In this document: positions 1 to 8,801 of the stretch, piece by piece
How the letters are laid out: each line of letters begins with the position of its first letter
How positions within the stretch are numbered: position 1 is the first letter of the stretch
From: Escherichia coli
GTDB lineage: Bacteria; Pseudomonadota; Gammaproteobacteria; Enterobacterales; Enterobacteriaceae
Assembly (NCBI RefSeq): GCF_050920415.1
Contig: NZ_CP169309.1
Direction: 5' to 3' (one strand)
DNA: 64,000 nucleotides
Translations under genes and position numbers: made by a program
The notes under the pieces: model-generated
The model's database searches: none
The model's input: the letters and a program-made list of their open reading frames with translations, nothing else
Told to the model about the DNA's origin: nothing

Positions 1-12
1 GGCAATGTAATC

Positions 13-915
13 ATGCGCTGGATTAAAACAGCCCGTGACCGTGATGAAATGGAAAGGCTAATGCAAGCGGCTTGCGATGCTTTCACGGAAGAAATACCCC
101 GAGCGGAGGCCGTGCCAGTGCCGGAAATTGATTTTCAAAAAAGTCTGGCCCTTTATCCGGTATTCGATTTGCATATAGGGGCGCTTGCTCATAAAGCTGA
201 GTGCGGCGAAAGCTACGACACCGGGATCGCTGAACGCGTGCTAAATGATTTCTTTGACTACGCGGTAGGCGCTGCGCCAATGTCTGAAAAGGCTGTTTTG
301 CTTCTCGGCGGTGATGTGCTTCACACTGACGGCCTGTTACCAGTGACGCCATCAAGTAATCACGTTTTAGATTGTGATTCACGCTACGCAAAACTGGTTT
401 ATGTGGCGATCCGGTCGGTCCGGCGTGCGGTCGGGAAGATGTTACTAAATCATAAGGATGTCGAGATCCAGGTATTATCCGGTAATCACGACCAATCAGG
501 TATGATCTGGCTACGTGCTGCGCTTGCGGCTTTTTACGAAGATGAGCCGCGTGTGACTGTTGACGTGTCACCTGCCATTGTCCACCACACACAGTACGGC
601 AAAACATTCCTTGCTTACCACCACGGGCACACTATCAAAAAGCCAGAAAATTTACTTTCTGCCTGCGTTTCTGACTGGCGGGAGGATTTCGGCAAGTCGT
701 CGGCGGTTTACGCTCATTGCGGGCACTGGCATCATCAACGGCTGATTGAATCATCGTTAGGCGTTGTCGAGTATCACGGCACATTAGCTGGCAAAGACGC
801 TTATTCAACGAATGGCGGCTGGCGGTCGCGGAGGCTGGCGGCGGTAATAATTTACAGTCCTGATCACGGGGAGATCGGGCGCTTTGTTTATTACCCTGAA
901 TATTCCATTTTGTAA
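13..915 (+). CDS. Calcineurin-like metallophosphoesterase-fold protein (phage-associated); may be 5'-truncated by the window edge
   Basis: Motifs DLHIG, GGDVLHTDG, GNHD, HHGH, GHWHH in the translation; reading frame is open back to position 1. Confidence 0.55.
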   Translation: MRWIKTARDRDEMERLMQAACDAFTEEIPRAEAVPVPEIDFQKSLALYPVFDLHIGALAHKAECGESYDTGIAERVLNDFFDYAVGAAPMSEKAVLLLGGDVLHTDGLLPVTPSSNHVLDCDSRYAKLVYVAIRSVRRAVGKMLLNHKDVEIQVLSGNHDQSGMIWLRAALAAFYEDEPRVTVDVSPAIVHHTQYGKTFLAYHHGHTIKKPENLLSACVSDWREDFGKSSAVYAHCGHWHHQRLIESSLGVVEYHGTLAGKDAYSTNGGWRSRRLAAVIIYSPDHGEIGRFVYYPEYSIL

Positions 916-933
916 ACCTGAGGAAATACCATA

Positions 934-2355
934 ATGGTGACTGAGCAAGTAAACTCATTACGCCAGGAACGGGAAGCTGCTGTGATAGGTGGACTCCTGT
1001 TAGGCGGGCTTACTCCTAACGCGCAAGATGTTCTTGCTACGCTCGATCCTGAAGTCTTCACCATTCCACTATATAAACGAGCGTTTGAGATCATCCGGGC
1101 GCAAGCCAGAAACAGAAACCTTATTGACGCGCTGATGGTCGGTGATGAAATCGGTAACGAAAATTTTGTCCCGCTAATGCAAACTGCGCGATCGTGTCCA
1201 TCTGCCGCCAACCTGAAGGGGTACGCCGCGCTATTGCAGGAGGAATATCAGCGGCGGCAAATGCTGGAACTAATGGACGATATACGCTACAACCTGGAAA
1301 CCGGGACACTTGAATCTGTCAGGGAGACGATGAAATATTTTGATTCCCGGTATTCAAAATTAAAGGTAACAAAAGATCAGATTATCCCGGTGCTGTTGCG
1401 CGATGCTGTCCAGGAATACACGGAAGTGCTAAGTAAACGCATGGAGTGTGGCGTGAACTCTGACAACATCAAAACAGGGATTGACCCACTCGACGAAATG
1501 TTAGGCGGCATTAACGCTACTGATCTGGTGCTTATAGCTGGACGCCCAGGGTCTGGTAAATCTGCGTTGGCGTTGGCAATTGCCCGCGCGGCGGCTGAAC
1601 GTCCATACCCTGGCAGCGAAGGTCAACGGGTCGGCGTTTTGCTGTTCACGCTTGAAATGTCGCTCGATCAGATGACTGAACGAGCTATCGCTGGCGCTGG
1701 GAATTTATCAACGGATTGCCTACGTAATCCGGTAAAACTGGATGACGAAGGATGGGCGCACGTTGCCCAGGGGATGAGCGCCCTTGCCGATCTCGATGTG
1801 TGGATTGTTGACGCATCGCAGTTAACGGTTGAGGAAATACGCGCCACCGTCGAACGGATGAAACAGGACCATCCTAATCTTGGAATGGTGATGATTGACT
1901 ACATCGGGTTAATGAAACTGGCTAAGGCCGAACGTCATGATCTCGCCGTAGGGCAATTGTCGTGGTCATTGAAAATGATGGCGAAAGAGTTGCGCGTGCC
2001 AGTGGCGGCGCTGGCGCAATTATCCCGCCGCGTTGAAGAACGACCGAACAAGCGCCCGAACAATTCTGATCTGCGTGATTCCGGTAATCTTGAACAAGAC
2101 GCAGACCGGATCATCATGGTCTACCGCGACGGCTACTACAACGAACAATCAGTTGCCCGCGAATACATGGAGATCATCGTTTCAAAAAACCGTCACGGGA
2201 AAACGGGGACTGTTTACCAGCGGTTTGACGATAACGGCAACATCATTCCATGCGACCAGGCTCGCGCGGCGTCCGCCTGCATCCAGTCAATGCAACAACG
2301 TCCGGCAGCAAGCCGATTCTCCCCACGAAATAACCAGAATAACTCATCCTTTTAA
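934..2355 (+). CDS. DnaB-like replicative DNA helicase (phage type)
   Basis: 473 aa; Walker A motif GRPGSGKSALALAIA and DnaB-like N- and C-terminal regions; GAGGA ribosome-binding site before the ATG. Confidence 0.8.
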   Translation: MVTEQVNSLRQEREAAVIGGLLLGGLTPNAQDVLATLDPEVFTIPLYKRAFEIIRAQARNRNLIDALMVGDEIGNENFVPLMQTARSCPSAANLKGYAALLQEEYQRRQMLELMDDIRYNLETGTLESVRETMKYFDSRYSKLKVTKDQIIPVLLRDAVQEYTEVLSKRMECGVNSDNIKTGIDPLDEMLGGINATDLVLIAGRPGSGKSALALAIARAAAERPYPGSEGQRVGVLLFTLEMSLDQMTERAIAGAGNLSTDCLRNPVKLDDEGWAHVAQGMSALADLDVWIVDASQLTVEEIRATVERMKQDHPNLGMVMIDYIGLMKLAKAERHDLAVGQLSWSLKMMAKELRVPVAALAQLSRRVEERPNKRPNNSDLRDSGNLEQDADRIIMVYRDGYYNEQSVAREYMEIIVSKNRHGKTGTVYQRFDDNGNIIPCDQARAASACIQSMQQRPAASRFSPRNNQNNSSF

Positions 2356-2434
2356 TTAACTTGAGCAAACGGCTTACCGGAAAGTTGATCTCTTTCTGGT
2401 GGCTGTTTTCGCGCTTAAAACGAGGCGAAAAACA

Positions 2435-2992
2435 ATGAGCATTGAACTTGAAACAAAAGTTATCAATATCCTTGAACTGGACGGCATCGCAACAATGCAC
2501 CAGCTACGCCAGAAAACCGGATTATCAGCGGAATATGACGAAGCCGGATGTTTGCCTGAGACAATTAAACACTTGATTGATACTGGTATTGTCGAGCGTG
2601 TATATACATATTTCGGACCGCGCCGCAGATTATTGGGGTATCGAATTAAATATTTGTATGCACAACGTCGTGATCGTGTGGCGGCGTTATTTAGTGACTA
2701 CAGCGTTAAGAAGCGTATGCGTGACATTAGCGCGGAAACTGGTATCCCGTGGAATTACCTGTCGCGCACGCTGCGTTTAATGGTACTTGATGAAACGCTT
2801 TGCATAGACACCAATAAACACGGCCTTAACTTTTACTCACTGTTTAAACCTGGTCGCTTTGGTCACGCTAATGATCTCGCGTTTGATTTTGACAGCCGCC
2901 TGAATGAATACCGGAAAAATAACGGCCTGTTACCGGATAAACCAGTATTTGAGATCGAAAAACTTAACGGTGAAACGGGGTTAGAATTATGA
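2435..2992 (+). CDS. Hypothetical phage protein with an N-terminal winged-helix-like segment
   Basis: ORF 2399-2992; start chosen at MSIELETKV after a GAGG ribosome-binding site; no recognised family. Confidence 0.45.
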   Translation: MSIELETKVINILELDGIATMHQLRQKTGLSAEYDEAGCLPETIKHLIDTGIVERVYTYFGPRRRLLGYRIKYLYAQRRDRVAALFSDYSVKKRMRDISAETGIPWNYLSRTLRLMVLDETLCIDTNKHGLNFYSLFKPGRFGHANDLAFDFDSRLNEYRKNNGLLPDKPVFEIEKLNGETGLEL

Positions 2993-3195
2993 GACGGGTA
3001 ATCTTTTATTCAGTTGAAACGTTTGTCGACGATACGCGCGTTTATTATCCGTGGGAAGTATACGACGCAAAGGTGTATACACCGCCACTGATGCGGAAAT
3101 ATAAACACGTAAAATTTAACCGGGTTTTTGTGCCAATGCGCGATGCATTGCGGGCGCTGCGCGGGGAATTACGAAACACAATGCGGATTGTGTAA
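2989..3195 (+). CDS. Hypothetical small phage protein (68 aa)
   Basis: ATGA start/stop overlap with the upstream ORF suggests translational coupling; no recognisable motif. Confidence 0.35.
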   Translation: MRRVIFYSVETFVDDTRVYYPWEVYDAKVYTPPLMRKYKHVKFNRVFVPMRDALRALRGELRNTMRIV

Positions 3196-3205
3196 GGAGG
3201 GGATT

Positions 3206-3403
3206 ATGAACAAGGATTTAGAATTGACCGTGGAGGATTTAAGCACGATTGCGGAATACATGCGCGGCGATGATCCTGATAAACCTGTCACTGTTGACAT
3301 GAAATATTTAAAAGGCGCTTACATGACAAGCTCGCGGCTAATTTCTTTGCAGGCGATTATGTATGCGCGGGCGCAATGGAAAAATAGCAACGGTGTATTA
3401 TGA
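3206..3403 (+). CDS. Hypothetical small phage protein (65 aa)
   Basis: Strong Shine-Dalgarno AAGGAGG 6 nt upstream of the ATG at 3206; stop overlaps the NinB-like start. Confidence 0.45.
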   Translation: MNKDLELTVEDLSTIAEYMRGDDPDKPVTVDMKYLKGAYMTSSRLISLQAIMYARAQWKNSNGVL

Positions 3404-3831
3404 GGCAAATTAGATTTGAAGTAGTTAATGACGCCGTGAAAGAAAATGCTATCAGGCAGATAAGGGAAATACAGCCTGATAGCAAAAGCCCGCTGATAAT
3501 TACCATCCAGGAGAAAACCCGCTCACTAAGCCAAAATGCGTTGCTTTGGGCGCTGCTAACCGACATTAGCGATCAGGTTAATTGGTACGGCAAGAAGCTG
3601 TCTCCGGAAGACTGGAAAGCGGTATTCACTGCCGGACTTAAGAAATATGGCGTCGTCCCTAACCTGGATAAATCCGGCTTCGTTGTATTGGGAACGTCTA
3701 CAAGCCGGATGAGCAAATCGGAATTCAGTGAACTAATCGAATTAATTTACTCGTTCGGTGCTGAACATAATGTCCAATGGTCGGGTGATACGAAATTAAA
3801 TGAGGAATTCATAAAACGCTGGGGGCAATAA
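3400..3831 (+). CDS. NinB-like recombination protein (lambda Orf/NinB family)
   Basis: 143 aa; pattern IQEKTRSLSQNALLWALLTDISDQVNWYGKKLSPEDWKAVFTAGL resembles lambda NinB as recalled from memory. Confidence 0.7.
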   Translation: MRQIRFEVVNDAVKENAIRQIREIQPDSKSPLIITIQEKTRSLSQNALLWALLTDISDQVNWYGKKLSPEDWKAVFTAGLKKYGVVPNLDKSGFVVLGTSTSRMSKSEFSELIELIYSFGAEHNVQWSGDTKLNEEFIKRWGQ

Positions 3832-4007
3832 TGGCGCGTTATTATATGGCTAAACCTACCGGAATTTTGTATAAGGTTGATGGCGAATACGTTTTTTATT
3901 TTCACAACCAGGCGCGAGAGTGGCGATTGTGTCACGCGCACTTTCAGCACGAAATAGAAAACCACCCTGAATATTTTATTAAGGTTGACAATGTAACGGT
4001 GGCGTAA
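3831..4007 (+). CDS. Hypothetical small phage protein (58 aa)
   Basis: ATG overlaps the NinB-like stop by 1 nt (TAATG); translation MARYYMAKPTGILYKVDGEYVFYFHNQAREWRLCHAHFQHEIENHPEYFIKVDNVTVA; below the ORF-track length cut-off. Confidence 0.35.
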   Translation: MARYYMAKPTGILYKVDGEYVFYFHNQAREWRLCHAHFQHEIENHPEYFIKVDNVTVA

Positions 4008-4022
4008 CTGAGGATAGGCAAA

Positions 4023-4667
4023 ATGAATAAACTTAAAGCAATTGGCGTAATTCGCCATCGTGTAGACCCGGACTACCCTTCTTTTGAGGTTGCCACATAC
4101 CGCAACGAATACCAATATGGATCATCTTTCCTTGTGGGTGTTCGCGCTGATACTGGCGGCACTTATTCAGTTATGGCGGCTTCATGTGTTTTTGAAGAAT
4201 ATAAAAATATAGATGATGACGGCATGAATAAAGAAAGCGAAATTATTGATGAATTAATCGAAGATGAGCGGCATGATTGCGATGCGCCGAAAGTCACGGA
4301 ATGGAAACCAGGAGAAAAGCCTCCGTGCGGCGTGTGGCTTGATTGTTATTATCCTGATGGCTATCACATTGGGATTTTAATGTTTAAATTTATCGGTGAT
4401 AAATACGGGGTATACACAGAAAAAGGCAGTATACAGAAAGAAAATGCTATTGAATGGGGTTTTTATAATTATTATTTATACGTTGATCCGAAAGAAAAAG
4501 CACTGGCACAAATTGCGTTTGCGTTGGCTGCTAAGGTTATTGGTGAGGATGCGGCAGGAGAAATAAATTTCAATCGTGATAATGATTATTCGCGTGATTA
4601 TCGGAATATGGCAAAAGCCATTATTAATGGGGATATCCCGCTAACTAAATATAACGGGGATAAGTGA
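4023..4667 (+). CDS. Hypothetical protein, AT-rich cargo ORF (214 aa), function unknown
   Basis: GAGGA ribosome-binding site; markedly lower GC than flanking genes; acidic stretch followed by a Cys/His-containing segment (HDCDAPKVTEWKPGEKPPCGVWLDCYYPDGYH). Confidence 0.5.
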   Translation: MNKLKAIGVIRHRVDPDYPSFEVATYRNEYQYGSSFLVGVRADTGGTYSVMAASCVFEEYKNIDDDGMNKESEIIDELIEDERHDCDAPKVTEWKPGEKPPCGVWLDCYYPDGYHIGILMFKFIGDKYGVYTEKGSIQKENAIEWGFYNYYLYVDPKEKALAQIAFALAAKVIGEDAAGEINFNRDNDYSRDYRNMAKAIINGDIPLTKYNGDK

Positions 4668-4897
4668 TGGATAAAACCGCGACATTGTTATTGACTACGG
4701 CACGAATAAGGGAAATGCTCGGAGGAATAAGTAGGACAACATTCAGAGTATGGAAAATGAAATGGGAAGCGGCTGGAACACCATTTCCTGAACCGCTTCA
4801 CGAATTATCAACTACGTCGCGCCCTGTATATCGTTATCAAGATGTAATGCAGTTCTTTAAGTCAGTAGGCTTGCTTTCTGATACTGATAAAACGTAA
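4664..4897 (+). CDS. Putative excisionase / AlpA-family DNA-binding protein
   Basis: 77 aa; helix-turn-helix-like TTARIREMLGGISRTTFRVWK; lies next to the integrase; start overlaps the upstream stop (ATGA). Confidence 0.45.
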   Translation: MMDKTATLLLTTARIREMLGGISRTTFRVWKMKWEAAGTPFPEPLHELSTTSRPVYRYQDVMQFFKSVGLLSDTDKT

Positions 4898-6057
4898 TTA
4901 GCCCATAATTCCGCAGCGTCTTTCTGTTCTTCTACATAATCATATCTGTCATAAACTCCTAATACTCCGCCCAGGGTATGGCCCAACATTTTTTCGGCTA
5001 CCTGGGCGGTCACGCCTAATGCCGCTAAATGCGTGCGGCACGTCCGGCGCAAATCATGCGCAGTAAAACCCGCCTTAAATCCAATTTCATTACTAAGCCT
5101 TGTCGCTAGTCTTGTGCACACAGCTTTATCCATTGGTTTACCATCCAGCGACAATACCGCAGGGAAAACTATGTCGAAGTTGTGACAATTAAACATCATG
5201 CTTAATAGCTCGACGCTTAACGTTGACAGGCCGCGCGTAAACCGCTTTTTGTTTTTGGATAGTTCCGCAGGAATATTCCATACCCTGTTATTGAGATCAA
5301 AATGTTCACGCTTTGCTAGCCTCAATTCTACCGTCCTGCATCCTGTTAATAGCAGTAGTCTGAAGAATGTCATATTGGCCTTAGACATAAAATCGCCAGT
5401 CGTAAAACGCCAGAATTCCCCTACTTCCTCGCCAGATAAATATCTGTCGATCTTGCGCGGCGGTTTGCCAACGTCTTCCACTCGCAACAAGCGGATCTCG
5501 TTGTCTTTTACTATCCCTTTCCTTTGCGCCATAGCGACAATGGATTTCATGCGTCGTAACATCGCGCCAGCCTGTACCGGATGGCCCGCTTTCGTTATCT
5601 CTGAGAATATTGCCTCCCACGCCCTTGCGTTAATGTCATCCACAATAAAATCGCCATACCTCTTGATTATGTGCTTTTGTAAGTTTTGCTTGATCTCTTT
5701 GTATCCCTTAATTTCCCTGGTCGTCTGTTTATTAAGATAGTTGTTAACGATATCGCTAACGGTTGCTCTCGCCCTCGCCTCTTCAATGCGCTGCTTCTTA
5801 GCAAGTCCGGGATCTTTGCCGTCTGCTAATATCGCCTTGCACTCAATTACCGCTAGCCTGGCTTCCTTTAGCGTCATTATGCCATAGTTGCCTAGCTTCA
5901 TTCTTTTAGGCTTCCCGTCATACCTGTAGCGATACTGAAACGTAATTACGCCTTTCGGGCTTACCCTTACTGACAGACCGCCGCCATCCGGGATCTCGAC
6001 CGGACCATCATAACTTTTACCGTGGATGCTTCTTAACTTAGTGTCAGATAACGCCAT
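4837..6057 (-). CDS. Site-specific tyrosine integrase (P4 family)
   Basis: 406 aa; N-terminal arm-binding-type region (GLSVRVSPKGVITFQYRYRYDGK), C-terminal catalytic signature HDLRRT...LGH...YDRY. Confidence 0.85.
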   Translation of the reverse strand: MALSDTKLRSIHGKSYDGPVEIPDGGGLSVRVSPKGVITFQYRYRYDGKPKRMKLGNYGIMTLKEARLAVIECKAILADGKDPGLAKKQRIEEARARATVSDIVNNYLNKQTTREIKGYKEIKQNLQKHIIKRYGDFIVDDINARAWEAIFSEITKAGHPVQAGAMLRRMKSIVAMAQRKGIVKDNEIRLLRVEDVGKPPRKIDRYLSGEEVGEFWRFTTGDFMSKANMTFFRLLLLTGCRTVELRLAKREHFDLNNRVWNIPAELSKNKKRFTRGLSTLSVELLSMMFNCHNFDIVFPAVLSLDGKPMDKAVCTRLATRLSNEIGFKAGFTAHDLRRTCRTHLAALGVTAQVAEKMLGHTLGGVLGVYDRYDYVEEQKDAAELWANYVLSVSESKPTDLKNCITS

Positions 6058-6464
6058 AATCGCCCCTTATTTGGTGCACAACATGGTACACAAATCATGG
6101 TTTACGCAATATAACGCAAAAGCGCGCTTGTTTACAGCGAAAACCAGTAAATCTACTAAATTCATGGCGTTAGGGGTGATTTTGCTTGCGTATGTTTACG
6201 CTTGTGCGCGGTATGTAGCATTAGAAAGAGAAATGCTGCTGACCAACAGCGCACAACACGTGACTGAAACAGAGTGCTTCATAAGTTACCCTCAAACCTG
6301 CGTTAATAATCATGCGTAATTATTTGTTTCGCCTTAAAGAAATGCAAACAACTTCCGGCAAAAAAGTGATACGAGATCGATAACATAGCGTTGAAGAAAA
6401 GGATTTGATAATCCGCAAAATTTGCACAACACTGCCTGTAATACTTCCTGAACCAGAGACGATC

Positions 6465-7193
6465 ATGACCGTAACTCGCCCACGCGCCGAACGCGGCGCA
6501 TTTCCGCCCGGTACAGAACATTACGGACGTTCATTATTGGGCGCGCCTTTGATCTGGTTTCCGGCCCCAGCCGCCAGTCACGAAAGTGGTTTGATTCTGG
6601 CTGGCACCCACGGTGATGAAAACTCTTCGGTCGTGACCCTCTCCTGTGCTCTGCGGACATTGACACCTTCTTTGCGCCGCCATCATGTGGTGCTGTGTGT
6701 GAATCCTGACGGCTGCCAGTTAGGGTTACGGGCCAATGCTAATGGCGTGGATTTAAATAGAAACTTTCCGGCAGCAAACTGGAAGGAAGGTGAAACGGTT
6801 TATCGCTGGAACAGCGCCGCTGAAGAACGTGATGTCGTTTTACTGACAGGTGACAAACCTGGCTCCGAACCTGAAACTCAGGCGCTGTGCCAGCTTATAC
6901 ATCGCATTCAACCTGCCTGGGTGGTCTCATTCCACGATCCACTGGCCTGTATTGAAGACCCCAGACACAGCGAATTAGGTGAATGGCTGGCCCAGGCGTT
7001 TGAATTGCCACTGGTAACCAGCGTCGGTTATGAAACGCCTGGCTCTTTCGGCAGTTGGTGTGCAGATCTGAACTTGCATTGCATCACCGCAGAGTTTCCG
7101 CCCATCTCCTCCGACGAAGCCAGCGAAAAATATCTCTTTGCGATGGCAAACTTGCTGCGCTGGCATCCTAAAGATGCAATTCACCCGTTGTGA
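6465..7193 (+). CDS. mpaA: Murein peptide amidase A (gamma-D-Glu-Dap amidase)
   Basis: Translation MTVTRPRAERGAFPPGTEHYGRS...; 242 aa from the internal ATG, matching the known length. Confidence 0.85.
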   Translation: MTVTRPRAERGAFPPGTEHYGRSLLGAPLIWFPAPAASHESGLILAGTHGDENSSVVTLSCALRTLTPSLRRHHVVLCVNPDGCQLGLRANANGVDLNRNFPAANWKEGETVYRWNSAAEERDVVLLTGDKPGSEPETQALCQLIHRIQPAWVVSFHDPLACIEDPRHSELGEWLAQAFELPLVTSVGYETPGSFGSWCADLNLHCITAEFPPISSDEASEKYLFAMANLLRWHPKDAIHPL

Positions 7194-8133
7194 ACTGAAG
7201 CGCCGGTTCCACATCTACCGCCAGCCAGGTCGGTCCGTCAAGATCGGCGAAACTGACCTGCGGCACCAGCGGTAAAGCGGCGCTAATGGCACGAGAGGTA
7301 CACAACATGCAGCCCAGCATCAGACTAAAACCTTGTGCACGTGCTTCAGTCGCCAGCGCCAGCGCTTCCGTCAGGCCACCCGTTTTATCGAGCTTAATGT
7401 TAACCATCTCATAGCGCCCTTGCAGCGCCTTCAGATTGCTACGAGTATGACAACTTTCATCTGCACAAATCGGTAACGGATGAATAAAATTCTCCAGTGC
7501 CGCATCGTCCTGCGCAGGAAGCGGTTGTTCAAGCATCGCAACGCCTAAATCCGCCAATAGCTGGCAACGCGCCGCCAACCCTTCTGAACGCCAGGATTCA
7601 TTTGCATCAACGATCAGCGTCGCATCGGGCACAGCTGTGCGAATTGCCACCATCCGCTCACTGATAAGATGGTTATCCAGCTTCACTTTCAGTAATTTCG
7701 CGCCTGCCTGCCAGAGTGTTGATGCACTATTGGCCATCTGATCAGGCGTACCGATGACTACCGTCTGGGCAGTGGTGACTGTCTCGGGAAGCGTTATGCC
7801 GATCAAATCAGCCAGCGATTGCTGCTGTTTTCGCGCCGCCAGATCCCACAATGCACAATCCAGCGCATTACGTGCTGCGCCGGCAGGGAGAATTTTTTGC
7901 AACTCCTCCCGTGTCAGCCCTTTCTCTAATTGCGGCACGACGCTCATAATTTGCGCCATTACCGAGGCATCACTTTCTCCATAACGCGGATACGGCGTGC
8001 ATTCACCGGTGCCTTTAATACCTTCTTCTTCCAGTTCAACCACCACCACGCGCGCTTCACTACGACTTCCCCGAGCAATCACAAACGGGGTATGTAAGGG
8101 CCAGGCTTCCTCAAATACCTTAACGGTTCTCAT
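7168..8133 (-). CDS. ycjG: L-Ala-D/L-Glu epimerase
   Basis: Enolase-superfamily translation MRTVKVFEEAWPLHTPFVIARGSR...; 321 aa; 3' end overlaps mpaA convergently. Confidence 0.85.
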   Translation of the reverse strand: MRTVKVFEEAWPLHTPFVIARGSRSEARVVVVELEEEGIKGTGECTPYPRYGESDASVMAQIMSVVPQLEKGLTREELQKILPAGAARNALDCALWDLAARKQQQSLADLIGITLPETVTTAQTVVIGTPDQMANSASTLWQAGAKLLKVKLDNHLISERMVAIRTAVPDATLIVDANESWRSEGLAARCQLLADLGVAMLEQPLPAQDDAALENFIHPLPICADESCHTRSNLKALQGRYEMVNIKLDKTGGLTEALALATEARAQGFSLMLGCMLCTSRAISAALPLVPQVSFADLDGPTWLAVDVEPALQFTTGELHL

Positions 8134-8251
8134 CTTTACTCCTTGTTGTCGCGGTGGTCTGCAGATTAAGCGCAAATAGCGTTTGCTGTGTTATTGACAG
8201 TTAGCATAAACTAGGTGTGACGTTAACTATATGTAAACAGGAAAGATAATC

Positions 8252-8758
8252 ATGTCACAAACCGTTCATTTCCAGGGCAACCCGGTTACAGTCGCCAATT
8301 CCATCCCGCTGGCGGGTAGCAAAGCGCAGACTTTTACTCTCGTGGCAAAAGATCTGTCTGACGTCACCCTCGGTCAGTTTGCGGGTAAACGCAAAGTGCT
8401 GAACATTTTCCCGAGTATTGATACCGGTGTTTGCGCCGCATCAGTACGTAAGTTTAACCAACTGGCAACCGAGATCGACAACACCGTTGTGCTGTGTATC
8501 TCTGCTGATCTGCCGTTCGCCCAGTCTCGTTTCTGCGGCGCAGAAGGTCTGAACAACGTTATCACCCTCTCCACTTTCCGTAACGCTGAATTCCTGCAAG
8601 CCTACGGTGTGGCAATTGCTGATGGCCCACTGAAAGGTCTGGCAGCGCGTGCCGTTGTGGTTATCGATGAAAATGACAATGTGATTTTCAGCCAGCTGGT
8701 TGATGAAATCACCACCGAGCCGGATTACGAAGCAGCTCTGGCTGTACTGAAAGCATAA
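8252..8758 (+). CDS. tpx: Thiol peroxidase
   Basis: 168 aa; [28 protein letters not shown]... Confidence 0.92.
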   Translation: MSQTVHFQGNPVTVANSIPLAGSKAQTFTLVAKDLSDVTLGQFAGKRKVLNIFPSIDTGVCAASVRKFNQLATEIDNTVVLCISADLPFAQSRFCGAEGLNNVITLSTFRNAEFLQAYGVAIADGPLKGLAARAVVVIDENDNVIFSQLVDEITTEPDYEAALAVLKA

Positions 8759-8762
8759 GTTA

Positions 8763-8795
8763 ATATGCCTGATGGTGTTGCACCATCAGGCATAT
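8763..8795. terminator. Hairpin between convergent tpx and tyrR (putative bidirectional terminator)
   Basis: Perfect 15-bp inverted repeat atatgcctgatggtg / caccatcaggcatat with a 3-nt loop. Confidence 0.55.
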
Positions 8796-8801
8796 TCGCG
8801 C

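Larger units (their letters stand above)
1..6060. mobile_element. Edge of a prophage-like integrative element; left boundary lies outside the window
   Basis: Contiguous block of phage-type ORFs (helicase, NinB-like, Xis-like, integrase) ending with an integrase whose 5' end faces mpaA; AT-rich cargo at 4.2-4.65 kb; from memory the K-12 reference has ymjC/ycjY here, not an integrase. Confidence 0.6.

Noticed and set aside
6026-6319. 97-aa ORF spanning the int start and the int-mpaA intergenic region
   Set aside because: The 5' part overlaps the integrase start region on the opposite strand and has no ribosome-binding site; only the distal 52 codons are noted as a low-confidence possibility in the findings.
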